Assembly: GCA_051599415.1 (NCBI GenBank)
Contig: AP039709.1
Coordinates: forward strand, 62,001-126,000
DNA length: 64,000 bases
Source of the DNA: Savitreella phatthalungensis
Lineage: Eukaryota
Direction of reading: 5' to 3'
Below the pieces are notes generated by a model. That model saw nothing but the letters and a program-made list of their open reading frames with translations, searched no databases and was not told where the DNA came from. Below, in pieces: positions 44,284 to 55,311 of this stretch. Both the position numbers and the translations under genes were made by a program. Each line of letters starts with the position of its first letter. Position 1 is the first letter of the stretch.

Positions 44284-44542
44284 CTCCCGCAGACCCAGCA
44301 CACACTCAGAGTTGACGAAGCTCCGCTGTTAATGTACTAGACGTAGCGTGGAGGAGGATGGATGGGTCTTGGGGGTCTGCAGGGTTATCTGTGAGTGTTT
44401 GTAAGAAAGTGTGGGGAGATATTAGGCGGAATAGGAATGGAATCTCGAGTCTGGAATCTGGAATCTGACATGGATTCCAGATCAACCTTTCAAAATTTAC
44501 TTTATCCCGCGGAATTGACGGAATCACTTATACACGCACGTC

Positions 44543-44544
<2 letters not shown>

Positions 44545-44586
<42 letters not shown>

Positions 44587-44593
44587 GGATGAT
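44545..44593. repeat. (TGA/GAT)n trinucleotide microsatellite
   Basis: About 14 perfect units plus a degenerate tail, upstream of DLD1. Confidence 0.97.
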
Positions 44594-44791
44594 CGCCTTC
44601 TCTCTACTACAGTAGATATGAATGAGACTTAGAGAGTTGCCGGAGTCAGATGTGATGGAAATTACCTAAGGTGTGTATGATGTTTATGTACTGTAGATAT
44701 GAAGAAAGCAAGATTGAGAGATAGCGTACGTGTACAGGTCAGATTCAAGGTCGTTTGGCAAAGTCGTTAAGGGTTACTGGTCCGTTGTGGA

Positions 44792-46444
44792 TTAGGTGGT
44801 GAGGTAGATGCAGATGGCAACTGTCGCTGTAAGGCTGCTGAAGAGGATCGAGGGACATGAAGTTGTAGATGCACGGCTGACGACGCTTCCCGATGGTGAT
44901 GTCTGTGAGGTGGGTTTGGCAGTGGTGCCAGAGACAAGGACCTGTGATGGTTGAGGAACTCCGCCACGAACTCGATATCCGAGATTGGCGAGAGCGATCC
45001 GCAGACCTGGGCCAAACGCGCCGTAGACATCAACATCCTGAGCACCGTTCTGCTTCGCTACCGTAAGGTACGATGCAAAGCTGACTCCACGCTGGGTTTC
45101 GTAACGCATGAGAAAATCGGCTGTCGAGGTGTAGAGCGTGTTGGAGACGTGAGAGACGGATGAACCCGCCACGAAAGGGTTCAACGAAGTCTCCAAAGTC
45201 AGGTAGGTGCTGTTGTTCGGCCCATTCGTGACAAGCTTACTCGTGCCAGCTGTGGTGAAGTTTGCTGTGAGTGTGTCACTCAAGGCGACGAGCGGGCGTT
45301 GCTGGAGGAAGAAGGTGGCAAGGGCATCTGGACTTGTGAACGTGACTCTGTCGGAGGCAGCGTAGAATCCGTCGTTGAGACGCTGCACAATATTGGTTGC
45401 CATGATGCCATTACTCAACTTGATGAAGCGATCGAACGCATATTCAATAAATCCTGCAAAGTCGACCGTTGCAGAGACAGTGAGGAGGACGTTCGGCGTC
45501 ACAGTCGTAGGCTTATTCGGTGTAAAATAGTCTTCATACGCAGAAGTAAAACCTAGGCCGTGCATGAGCTCATGGAGAACCACATACTGAAAGTCTGTCT
45601 GTGTAGACTTGATTCCGCTAGCCACTCCACCATAATAGAAGCTCGCCTCGCTGTTGACATTCAGGTTGATATCGTACTGTGAGAAGACGGGAGCGTAAGC
45701 TAGCTTGTCGCTGAACTGCTTCACCACTGCTTGCGGATACAGGCGAGAAGTCCCGTCGTCGTCAAGAAGAGCGACTGTACGAGCAGGAGCAGCTGCAGCG
45801 AGCGAGAGGATATCATTGCCCTGGGAGCATATACCGGCGGTGGTGCAGAAACCCTGCAAGGTGACGTTGACAGTGATCGGTTTTGTAAGTAAAAGGACAT
45901 TGGAAATTTGCTGTCCCGCGAGCTGCATCGTCGCGTTCGCCTGTGCACACTGTAGAGCAGATAGGCTCGCTGGACAGACCATGTCGAAGACAAACATATT
46001 GGTCTGGTTGACGTTGGCTTGGGGAGCCGGAAGTGCAGGCTCTGAGAGGATGGCAGTGACCGGCGAGAGCAGGACAGTTGAAGGCGCCGAAGCGGAAGCT
46101 GAAGCTGATGGGGCTGCTGAAGCCGAAGCACGTGCGACTGAAGCAGAGGTCGCTGTGCTAGACGGACTCGGAAAAATGCTCGACAAGGTGGATATGCGTG
46201 ATGCCACTGCCGAATTATTCGTGTTGTTGGCTGCTGGTGTCACGATGACAGTTGCATTGTTGGTGGCGAGGATGCGCTGGACCGTGCCCAGTCGCACGAG
46301 GCCGTCCGCTGGATCACCAAGACTATGTCCTCCAGGTGTACAGTCGACTGCACGTCCGGCTGTGCGGTTGAGCGGGTCACGGTAGTCAACGCATACCGTG
46401 GCCAGCGCGCCGGAAAGTAGACTTGCAAAGAGCAAAATGAGCAT
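44792..46444 (-). CDS. Secreted, probably GPI-anchored zincin-like (HEXXH) protein
   Basis: Signal peptide MLILLFASLLSGALA, S/A/T linker, VVLHELMHGLGF, GSSVSH, and an S/T-rich region before a hydrophobic C-terminus. Confidence 0.8.
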   Translation of the reverse strand: MLILLFASLLSGALATVCVDYRDPLNRTAGRAVDCTPGGHSLGDPADGLVRLGTVQRILATNNATVIVTPAANNTNNSAVASRISTLSSIFPSPSSTATSASVARASASAAPSASASASAPSTVLLSPVTAILSEPALPAPQANVNQTNMFVFDMVCPASLSALQCAQANATMQLAGQQISNVLLLTKPITVNVTLQGFCTTAGICSQGNDILSLAAAAPARTVALLDDDGTSRLYPQAVVKQFSDKLAYAPVFSQYDINLNVNSEASFYYGGVASGIKSTQTDFQYVVLHELMHGLGFTSAYEDYFTPNKPTTVTPNVLLTVSATVDFAGFIEYAFDRFIKLSNGIMATNIVQRLNDGFYAASDRVTFTSPDALATFFLQQRPLVALSDTLTANFTTAGTSKLVTNGPNNSTYLTLETSLNPFVAGSSVSHVSNTLYTSTADFLMRYETQRGVSFASYLTVAKQNGAQDVDVYGAFGPGLRIALANLGYRVRGGVPQPSQVLVSGTTAKPTSQTSPSGSVVSRASTTSCPSILFSSLTATVAICIYLTT

Positions 46445-46930
46445 CGCAAGAGACTTTTATTAGACTGCCATTCGTAGTGATGCTGTCGGTCGAGAAGACA
46501 ATTGATCCAATAGATGGCAAGAAAGGGAAGAGACTCGTGAAGGTGATTACAAAAGAGCGTATAAGTGGCCAAGCAAAGGTGGACTGTGAGAAACCGTGAA
46601 ATAGAGAGACGAGATCCTCGATGAGTTATTTATCAAGATATGTGTCGCCAGAGAAGACCAAGAGGTTATGAGGAGGAGATGAGGCTTTGAAAGAGAGGGA
46701 TGGCGGAAGAAAAGAAGGAAGAAAGAAGAGGTCGTGCGTGTGTGTGATGAATGATCACGTCTTGTGTGTATTTTGCAAGTGATGGAGTGTGGGTGAACGA
46801 TTGGTTGCGTCGTTCGTATTAGGCAAGTCAAGGATGGTTGGTGATGGTGACAGAGAAGAGAAAGAGCATGGACAAGCAAGGTCTGTGCAAATCTCGCGTA
46901 TATGCAGGCGTACAGGCGTGTGTATGAATG

Positions 46931-46958
46931 TGCGTGCGTGCGTGCGTGCGTGCGTGCG
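46931..46958. repeat. (TGCG)7 microsatellite
   Basis: Seven perfect units. Confidence 0.95.
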
Positions 46959-47741
46959 TAGTTTTGCAGTCCAGACGGGTGAGGGAATAGCTAAGGTCAG
47001 TGGTGCTGGAATTTCAATTTCGCGCTTTCTTGCTTTCTTGCTTGCTTGCTTGCATCACTGCTCGACTGTCTGATCGAGCGTCCGTGGGTTTTCGTGCTTG
47101 TTCAAGCTGGCTAGGTTGTATGAACTTTGCTTTGACGGTTGATTGACTGGCTGACGGAACCGTTGCACATTCCTGAACTCGGAGTCGTTGAAGAGGCTTG
47201 TAAAAGTGAAGCCCAAGCGCTGTGACGGACGCCCTCACTCTGTCTGTTTCTGGCTACTGCTGCTTTCCATGCTTCCCGTCACCCATAGACAATGTTATGA
47301 AAGGATGGCTGTAACCAGAAGTCGGCGATGATATATCTATTGTAGGTGTGCCAGGTTCATGACCGATATAGATTGACCTCGAATCGATATGTTTTTACTC
47401 TGTTGATCATTTATCCTGATTTAGATTTTGGATACCAGAGTCGTCCCATTCTTCTTTGTCTGACTTCAGCTTATCTGCTCGCCCACCGGATGGACAGTCA
47501 TGGTGTTGTGAATGTGGATCGAGTGAGGCCAGAGCAACCAGGTATATATACTGCTCTAATCTGAAGGAGGCAGGAGGGGCAGAGGGGTGGGCGGCCGTTG
47601 AGATACCTATTTGAATCGCAGAGTAATTTAGCTCAGAATGAGGTATGATTTCCACGCGTCAACGAGCAGACGAGCAGTTCTAAAGTTTTTGAATCTGGTG
47701 AGAGAGAAATTCGATTTCGTGTCATTCTTTCGATTCCACTC

Positions 47742-47990
47742 ATGACGCAAACCTTCTTACTCCTTTTTGCTTGCTTCTCTTTCCAATTGGTACTTTCTTG
47801 TGTTTCAGAAAGGGAGTGCAAAGATCGAAATAGCAACACAAATGCACGTGAAGCAACATATAGATTGGAGTCTTTAAATTTCCTCTTTCCTTTGATACAT
47901 TCTTCAGATCATTACAGCGATGACTACCAGAGAACACATCTGCAGTGTAATCAGCCAACATTTTGCCTGAAACACATCGTTCCGTGTTGA
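47742..47990 (+). CDS. Possible small secreted Cys-rich protein (82 aa)
   Basis: MTQTFLLLFACFSFQLVLS signal-like N-terminus, 5 Cys in the predicted mature part. Confidence 0.35.
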   Translation: MTQTFLLLFACFSFQLVLSCVSERECKDRNSNTNAREATYRLESLNFLFPLIHSSDHYSDDYQRTHLQCNQPTFCLKHIVPC

Positions 47991-48249
47991 TGAAGATCCT
48001 TTGACTGATCCGTGGATGGCACGCGACCAAGCATGTACTCAACATGAAACATGGAATACTAGTCGAAGCCGTCATTTGACTCCTGATCCTGAATGCTTCT
48101 TCATTCTTCTATTCATGCTTCAGGAGTTCGAGGTCTAGGTCTCAATTCTCTCATACATAAATTTTTGACACCCTGGTATCACATGCACCTGATATTCTGA
48201 TCATATTGCGTCGACTTGTCTACCGTCAATCATCTAGTTCTGATCTATA

Positions 48250-49416
48250 TTATCTCCTATCGTCATCCATATCGACCAACAGTTCTACTTCACCGCGCAT
48301 CAATACCCGTGCAGTGCGGTGGAGTAGTGCTCTAGTAATCTGGCCACTCAACTCGTCCAGTGTTGCACCCACTTCCAACTTGCCTGAAGCATGTGCAATG
48401 CAGACGTTGACCTCTGTTGAATTACATCGATCCAATCCTTTGGCTGCCTGCTCGGGAATACTGCCCGTGACTGTACACGCCGCACCCAGACAGAGTGCCA
48501 GCGTTAGCGGTACTGCACGATGAGGTTGCTGCATCGACAGTGCCCTGCATACGATATGAACACCGTGATGTATTGCGTCTGACCCTGGTGGAGAGACCAT
48601 CACCACTTTCGGCACACTCTGGATTGTTGGATCTAATCCCATGGCACGTGCACCTGCCTGCCGTACTGCCTCCAATTTCTCCATCACGCTCCGATTCGCC
48701 TCTGACTCCAGCGTCGCAGGCGTAATCTCCCCACTCACGCCAATATCACATGCTCTCACGAATACGCCGGGATTCGCCACATCCACTAAGCTCGCCTCGA
48801 TCATCGTTCCATCATGCAGCTCCAACAGATCGACAGGATTTCCAGTCGGCAACGCCTTCCCAGTCTTCGCACCCGCCGGATCCACAAATGCCATGGTGAT
48901 GCGTGAACCTGTGCCTGGGACACCATCGATGGCGTACTCTCCAGCAGGTGAGTACTCTCCCGACTGAGTAAGTGCAAAGGTCGATTCGATCAGTTTTTGT
49001 GTATTCGTGTTGAAGATCCTGATGGTCGTCTCTCCCTTGTCATTCCTCTTCAGGGCCTGCTGAGGAACCAGCCCTTCGAGCAGACCCCATGGAGCAACTG
49101 CCGCTGACATGTTGCCGCAGTTACCAGCAGTATCGAGAGATCCATCGCGAATGCCGACCTGAACAAAAGTGTACTCCAACTCAGCATCCGGTCTACGCGA
49201 TCGATCAACCACACAGATCTTACTCGTCGATGAGATTCCAGAACCCATCCCATCGAGTTGTCGGCCATAACGATCGGGAGAACCCATGGCAGCAGCCAGA
49301 ATTGGCTGCCATGCTTTCACATCCTCAGGCAAATCACGCCGGTGAATAAGCAGACCGTTTGACGTACCACCACGCACAAAACTCGCAGCTAGTCTCACAA
49401 GCCGCTTGGAGGACAT
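48250..49416 (-). CDS. PrpF-family (DUF453) aconitate/methylitaconate delta-isomerase
   Basis: RGGTSNG, MGSPD..RQLDGMG, GNCGNM, F.DPAGAKTG, DVANP and RTARVLMRG. Confidence 0.93.
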   Translation of the reverse strand: MSSKRLVRLAASFVRGGTSNGLLIHRRDLPEDVKAWQPILAAAMGSPDRYGRQLDGMGSGISSTSKICVVDRSRRPDAELEYTFVQVGIRDGSLDTAGNCGNMSAAVAPWGLLEGLVPQQALKRNDKGETTIRIFNTNTQKLIESTFALTQSGEYSPAGEYAIDGVPGTGSRITMAFVDPAGAKTGKALPTGNPVDLLELHDGTMIEASLVDVANPGVFVRACDIGVSGEITPATLESEANRSVMEKLEAVRQAGARAMGLDPTIQSVPKVVMVSPPGSDAIHHGVHIVCRALSMQQPHRAVPLTLALCLGAACTVTGSIPEQAAKGLDRCNSTEVNVCIAHASGKLEVGATLDELSGQITRALLHRTARVLMRGEVELLVDMDDDRR

Positions 49417-50612
49417 ATTGCTAGGCACAAAGGATGCAGAAGCTAAACTTGACCAGTGCACAGACTGTGAGCATCTGCTGAAAGAGGGACAGACAGCTCA
49501 CAGATGTCAAAGCATGACCACCATCATCTTCTTGCTTATACTGGATGTCTCTGACTCGGGGTGCATTGATGTAGATCAGGACATGTGATTGATGTTTGTG
49601 GATGTCGTGGATGTAGTGGGTGAACACAATGAAGTGCGTGCATTCGTGGAGCTTATGAGAATTTAATTAATTTCCCCACACTTTCTTACAAGTCAAATTA
49701 TAGAATTTCTATTCCGTCGATCAAATTTGCAATATATCGGAGTATAAGGTTAAATTAATCATTTAAATAAAGTACATACTGTAAAATAAATGACTCCACT
49801 TCGGACACCTTTTTCTGCCGAACTTGACAGACTGGAGCCAGAATTCAACGACCGAGTCTAGTGAGTAGTAGTGACCTAACTACTGACTACTCTCACCCAC
49901 ATTCACTCCAACTCATCCACACTCACTCTCACCTGGCAAGCCCTCTACCCCAGACTTCAACCTTCTAAGTGTCCGAGTACATCCAGTACGCGCTTTTCCT
50001 TTCAACTCACTCCACCATACTCTCCAACCTCTTCTCCACAACCATTACACCGGTTCATCTCTCTAGACTACACTACCGCTGCACATACACGTACACGCGC
50101 GCACACTCACACCACGACATTCACACGAGCGCTCAGTCGCGTTCACCGACTCATCTCTCTTCACACTCTCTGTCTACCGTTGTTCGACCTTCTGTGAAAG
50201 AGTCGCACAAACTGATCCCTTTCCTTGTCCGCTTTGTCATCTTCCCGGTACAATCTCGCACGAGCGCAACCCGTTGTCTTCAATCTCACACACGCTCTCA
50301 TACACATTCAAATCACACACCCCACACACCCATCACCGGTGTACGCGCAACGCACTCACATCACTACACAGACACACAATCACGTTTAGAAGCCCTTCTC
50401 GCGCCGAGTCGCGCTATCATCTATCCTGTCCGCGAACCCAAGCCCGTCAAAGAAGCAAGAACGAGACGCGTCTGATCGAACTCTCCACCCTCCGCGCCTG
50501 CTCTCATCCTATAGACGCCATAGAGCAACTCCCCTATAGACGTTCTCTTCTCTTCTACCCCCTTCTTCTCCTCTTCTTTCTTCTTCTCATCCACACCTCC
50601 TGAATCTCGACA

Positions 50613-52637
50613 ATGGACCTACTCAAGGCAAAACAGATCAAGACGCTGATGGAGCGCGCAGAGAACGCCTTCAGCTCATCCTCCGCAAGCGGTAGCGACG
50701 ACGAGCTCGACGGCAGCACCGGCAACCCGGCGAAACATCCAAAAGCGCCTCAGCAGCGGCGCTCATCCGCAGCTAGCGAGGAGCGCTGGGCCGCCAAGAT
50801 CTCGAACAATCCGATCGGCAACAGCATCTGGGGAAATGTATCGGATCAGGAGCGCGGCAGGGCGTCACGCAGTGCCTCCTTCTCAGTCGGTCAGGAGGTA
50901 GCATCGACACAGTACGCCAACGATCAGCACGTCAACAATCTCCTGCCGCCTGGAGCCGATTCACGCTGGCACAACCCGCATACGCATGACGAGACACGCC
51001 TCTTGCGTGAACAACTTCAGCAGATGCGATTCAAGTCACGGTCAAAATCGAGCTACGCAGCTGCCTGGCATGTACCTGACCTCGACGACGACGGTCCTAA
51101 CGACGACGACGATGTTTTTGTGGACGAAGACGAGCTCGTGGCGCGGATCAGGCGTGTTGAGCCGGGAGCATTGCGATACACGACTCCGAGCAATCCGAGA
51201 CTCAGCTCCATCCGAGCAGAGCAGCGTCGTGCGTCTTTCAACGCCATCGGCACTCGAGGCTTTGACGAATTCCATCACCAGCAGCAGCAAAACTCCCCAC
51301 AGCAGCATCAGCAGCAACAACAACAACAGCAACAGCAACAACAACAACACCTCCACCAGTCATCGCAAAGTCCACCCTCTCAGCACGCCATGATGGCCGA
51401 CCTGGACAGATACTTCTCGAGTGATGATCACCGAGCACGGAGTCGCGCAGCGCTGGCCCAATCTGCAGCCGCACAGTCGGCTTTGCACAACTCATCCGGT
51501 GTGCCAGGCCCCCTGTATATCGTCGAATTCAAGGCCTGCCGGACCGATGTCTTCTATGCCGCAGATGGCCTTACCGCCCATGTAGGTGACCTCGTCATCG
51601 TCGAGGCCGATCGCGGCCGTGATCTCGGCAAGGTCACTCGGGAGAACGTGTCGATGGCGCAGGTGCGAGCACTGAAAGCTCAGCAAGCACGAGAGCAAGC
51701 TCTGGCCATCGCCGCCGGCAACGGCCAGCCGGGCAACATCGCTGACGATGGCAACGATGCAGGGCCAAATGGAAAGGCAAACGTAAACCCTACACAGCAA
51801 ATCCAGCCGAAGCTCATCTACCGGCTCGCGCACGACCAGGAGATCGGTATGCTCATGGTCAAGTCGCAAGACGAGCAGCAGGCGATGCTGGTCTGCCAGG
51901 CGAAAGTGCGGCAGCGAAAGCTTCCGATGGAGGTGCTGGATGCAGAGTATCAGTGGGATCGTCGAAAATTGACGCTGTACTACTACGCCTCTCAGCGAAT
52001 TGATTTCAGAGAACTTGTTAGAGACCTGTTCAAGATCTACAAGACAAGAATTTGGATGTGCGCTTGCAGCCCGACGACGATCGCGAACGCGAACGCCAAT
52101 CTCGCACTAGGTGCTCCAGGCGTCATCGGCGACCCAAAGCACCAGCAAGCACAGCATCAATCACCGTCTCCACAGCCTTCATCAACCTACCAGCATCCAC
52201 AGCAATCCGGACCATTCGATCAGGGCTTCAGGGGCAATGTGCCCTTGTACCCTGGGTCTCCACCGTTCGTCCAATCCGGGTACCTGCCGCCAGCCTTCCA
52301 GCCACAGCAGGCTTACAATAGTGTCGGTGGCGTTTACGCCAGCGCGCCTGGCTTCTCAAGCCAGCAGCATCACAATCATCACCATCCGTACCCACCGCCG
52401 ACCAGCGCGTCACCTGTCATGCTACCTCCACTCCCACAACAGCAACAACAGCAACAACAACAACAACACCAGCATTATCAACCACCACATCAGCATCTAC
52501 ATCCACAGTCGCCGCCGCCGCCGTCGTCGCAGCAGCAGCAGCAGCAGCAGCAGCTATCACCAGGCAAACAGGCTGGTACACCGGCGCCGTTGCAATTCGG
52601 CACCGCTCCACACGTCGACGCAGACGCAGTTGTCTGA
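50613..52637 (+). CDS. PSP1 C-terminal domain protein with polyQ tracts
   Basis: IVEFKACRTDVF, VIVEADRGRDLG, DAEYQWDRRKLT and DFRELVRDLFKIYKTRIWM. Confidence 0.92.
   Translation: MDLLKAKQIKTLMERAENAFSSSSASGSDDELDGSTGNPAKHPKAPQQRRSSAASEERWAAKISNNPIGNSIWGNVSDQERGRASRSASFSVGQEVASTQYANDQHVNNLLPPGADSRWHNPHTHDETRLLREQLQQMRFKSRSKSSYAAAWHVPDLDDDGPNDDDDVFVDEDELVARIRRVEPGALRYTTPSNPRLSSIRAEQRRASFNAIGTRGFDEFHHQQQQNSPQQHQQQQQQQQQQQQQHLHQSSQSPPSQHAMMADLDRYFSSDDHRARSRAALAQSAAAQSALHNSSGVPGPLYIVEFKACRTDVFYAADGLTAHVGDLVIVEADRGRDLGKVTRENVSMAQVRALKAQQAREQALAIAAGNGQPGNIADDGNDAGPNGKANVNPTQQIQPKLIYRLAHDQEIGMLMVKSQDEQQAMLVCQAKVRQRKLPMEVLDAEYQWDRRKLTLYYYASQRIDFRELVRDLFKIYKTRIWMCACSPTTIANANANLALGAPGVIGDPKHQQAQHQSPSPQPSSTYQHPQQSGPFDQGFRGNVPLYPGSPPFVQSGYLPPAFQPQQAYNSVGGVYASAPGFSSQQHHNHHHPYPPPTSASPVMLPPLPQQQQQQQQQQHQHYQPPHQHLHPQSPPPPSSQQQQQQQQLSPGKQAGTPAPLQFGTAPHVDADAVV
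51300..51348 (+). repeat. CAG/CAA repeat encoding polyQ (further tracts at about 52436-52469 and 52530-52553)
   Basis: Direct reading of the sequence. Confidence 0.9.
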
Positions 52638-52845
52638 AAGCCGGTCGCCTGCCTGTCAACCGCAGTAAAGAAAAAAGCATCGTTTCCCCTTCACCTTTTT
52701 TTAATCTTCAATACATATCCTAGTCACTTCCCCTTACAACTGCAACTGCACCCGAACACAGCTCTCACGCGATTGAAGCATAGACAGATGGAAGGTTGTA
52801 TGTATTGGATGACGAAGGTTATTGCTGGCGCTGATGCGTCGTCCT

Positions 52846-53222
52846 TTACTGGAGGTCTGCAGGGAAGTTGCCGTTCTCGCGCTGTGTGTCCCAACGCTCC
52901 TTCCACTCGTTCGGGCAAAGTGCGTGGTAGGCCTTGAAGAACTGCTGGCATGGCTTGTAGTCCTCACCCTTGTGGAAAGTACACCTGAAGTAGTCGACGT
53001 AATTCTGGAAGCAGTGCTTTGTCTAAAACACATCCGTGTCAGTATCCATCGCATACCAATCCGCTGTGCGCTTACCTGATTCTGGTTCGGGAACCGAGCG
53101 TCAAACCCAGCAGTCTGGAACGTGAAAGGCCGCAAGCTAACCTCTTCACCATCATCACCACTGTCGACGTCAACAACGTCAACCTCGTCCGCCGTAGGCG
53201 TCTGCTGTCTATCGTCGCTCAT
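52846..53222 (-). CDS. COX12: Cytochrome c oxidase subunit VIb; exons 53222-53076 and 53022-52846
   Basis: TAGFDARFPNQNQ|TKHCFQNYVDYFRC..C..CPNEW..RENGNFP with twin Cx9C/Cx10C. Intron GTAAGC..ACTGAC..TAG (53075-53023). Confidence 0.96.
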
Positions 53223-53469
53223 GCTGTATGTGGGTGTATGTAAAATCAAAAGCGTGCAAAACCCGCGATACAGATGACCAGATGTCTTCGAGGTGTACAG
53301 CGCCTGTGGCCTGTCATCTCTGTCTCCCGTGCGTGTCTGTGCTGCTGACTCCATCGATCGATCGGAAAGCCGAAGCGGAACCCCTCGCACAAAACAGAAT
53401 TGTGGCAAATTAGAAAACCACGTGAATTGCTCAAGTGTGGCTGGAATCCACACGTGACTTGTGGAAGGT

Positions 53470-53476
53470 TGAGTCA
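53470..53476. promoter_or_regulatory. Gcn4/CpcA-type site TGA(G/C)TCA upstream of TRP2
   Basis: Perfect TGAGTCA about 130 bp upstream of an amino-acid biosynthesis gene. Confidence 0.6.
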
Positions 53477-53606
53477 GTGATTTTTTGTGACAGGTATACA
53501 GCACAGTGGACAACATACACTCATCTATACATACATATCAAGAGTGATACAAGACATCGAAGGAAGCTTCAAGACATATTAGACGCTTCAAGCGTTGACT
53601 GACCGG

Positions 53607-55103
53607 ATGAGTCGTGTCGAGCCACCAATCGCAGCAGTCAGGGCGCTTCTATCAGCAGCACAAAACGATCCAAACATCGTACCAGTCTATACATCAGTTC
53701 CTGCAAGAGATATCCCTTCAGCCGCATACCTCAAACTGGCCAAGGGCGAGCCATACTCCTTCTTGCTCGAGTCAGTCACAGGCGCAGAGCAAGTAGCCCG
53801 ATACAGCTTTATTGGTGCAGGGCCACGCAAAGTCACACGAACGGGTCCAGGTCATGGAGAGCAAGTAGATCCACTGATAGGACTCGAGCATGAGCTATCA
53901 CAATACCGGACAATCTCCGTACCTGGCGTACCTGCCTTCACAGGCGGCGCTATCGGATTTGTCTCCTATGATTGTGTCCGCTACTTTGAGCCACGGACGG
54001 AACGTCCACTCAAAGATCCACTGGGCATCCCCGAGTCACTTTTCATGATGCAGGACACCGTTGTCTGCTACGATCACGCCTTCAACAGTCTCAAGATCGT
54101 CACGCATCTCAGGCTGGACGTCGGTAACACGCTCGAGCAGGAGTACGAGCGTGCAGGCCAAGTGCTTGCGGATGTAGCAGCGCGACTGGCCTCGTCCGAA
54201 GTACCAGACGTCCCACAGGGACCCATCACCCTCGGCAGAGACTTCACCTCCAACATCGGCAAAGAAGGATACGAGGGCCACGTACGGAAGCTGAAGGAAC
54301 ACATCATGAAGGGAGACATTATCCAGGCAGTCCCATCACAGCGGATATCCAGGCCCACAGATCTCCATCCATTCAACGTCTACCGCGAGCTCAGACAAGT
54401 AAATCCGAGTCCCTACATGTTCTACATCGATTGCGGAGGCGAGTTCCAGATCATCGGCGCAAGTCCAGAACTCCTTGTCAAGGAGGAAAAAGGCCGCGTG
54501 CTCACCCACCCAATCGCAGGCACAGTCCACCGTGGCAAGACGGTCGAGGAAGATGATCGCCTCACCGAGGAACTGCTCAATTCTGCAAAAGACCGCGCAG
54601 AACACGTCATGCTCGTCGACCTGGCAAGAAACGACATCAACAGAGTCTGTGACACGAGAACGACCAACGTCGATCGATTCATGACCATCGAGCGCTTCTC
54701 ACACGTCTCTCACCTCGTCTCACAGGTCTCAGGCGTCCTACGCGCAGGAAAAACTCGATTTGATGCATTCCGATCGATCTTCCCTGCAGGCACTGTCTCC
54801 GGTGCGCCGAAAGTGCGCGCCATGGAGCTGATCGCAGACCTGGAAGGCGAACGACGGGGCGTCTACGCAGGCGCCATCACACGCTGGGGCTACGACGACA
54901 CATCCCTCGACTCCTGCATCGCCATCCGCACAATGACCTTCAAGCAAGGCACACTATACCTTCAAGCAGGCGGAGGCATCGTCTTCGACTCGGAAGAAGA
55001 AGCAGAATACATCGAAACGCTCAACAAGCTCAAAGCCAACATGACCACCATCGCAAGAGCAGAAGAGCGTCTAGCCGCCCAGCAGCAGCAGCATCAGGCA
55101 TAG
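53607..55103 (+). CDS. TRP2: Anthranilate synthase component I
   Basis: SFLLES, GDIIQAVPSQR, NPSPYMF, EHVMLVDLARND, FPAGTVSGAPKVRAM and QAGGGIV. Confidence 0.97.
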   Translation: MSRVEPPIAAVRALLSAAQNDPNIVPVYTSVPARDIPSAAYLKLAKGEPYSFLLESVTGAEQVARYSFIGAGPRKVTRTGPGHGEQVDPLIGLEHELSQYRTISVPGVPAFTGGAIGFVSYDCVRYFEPRTERPLKDPLGIPESLFMMQDTVVCYDHAFNSLKIVTHLRLDVGNTLEQEYERAGQVLADVAARLASSEVPDVPQGPITLGRDFTSNIGKEGYEGHVRKLKEHIMKGDIIQAVPSQRISRPTDLHPFNVYRELRQVNPSPYMFYIDCGGEFQIIGASPELLVKEEKGRVLTHPIAGTVHRGKTVEEDDRLTEELLNSAKDRAEHVMLVDLARNDINRVCDTRTTNVDRFMTIERFSHVSHLVSQVSGVLRAGKTRFDAFRSIFPAGTVSGAPKVRAMELIADLEGERRGVYAGAITRWGYDDTSLDSCIAIRTMTFKQGTLYLQAGGGIVFDSEEEAEYIETLNKLKANMTTIARAEERLAAQQQQHQA

Positions 55104-55311
55104 CTCAAGCATCGTAGCATCACACAGATCCTAGTCATCACACATCCAATGGATACTGAATTCTGCCCCACCACTTCCCCACATTTCCTATGCATTTGAG
55201 GAAAAGAGAGACAAGATGCAATGTGACGTCGTACAGAGCTGTCAAATTACATTGAAGCAAAAGTGACAGGTGTGTGCAGGTGCAGCGCTTCCCCAGCATA
55301 TCCTCATCGCC

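Noticed and set aside
52734..53516. 260-aa minus ORF
   Set aside because: Artefact of reading through the COX12 intron; the spliced 107-aa product explains it.
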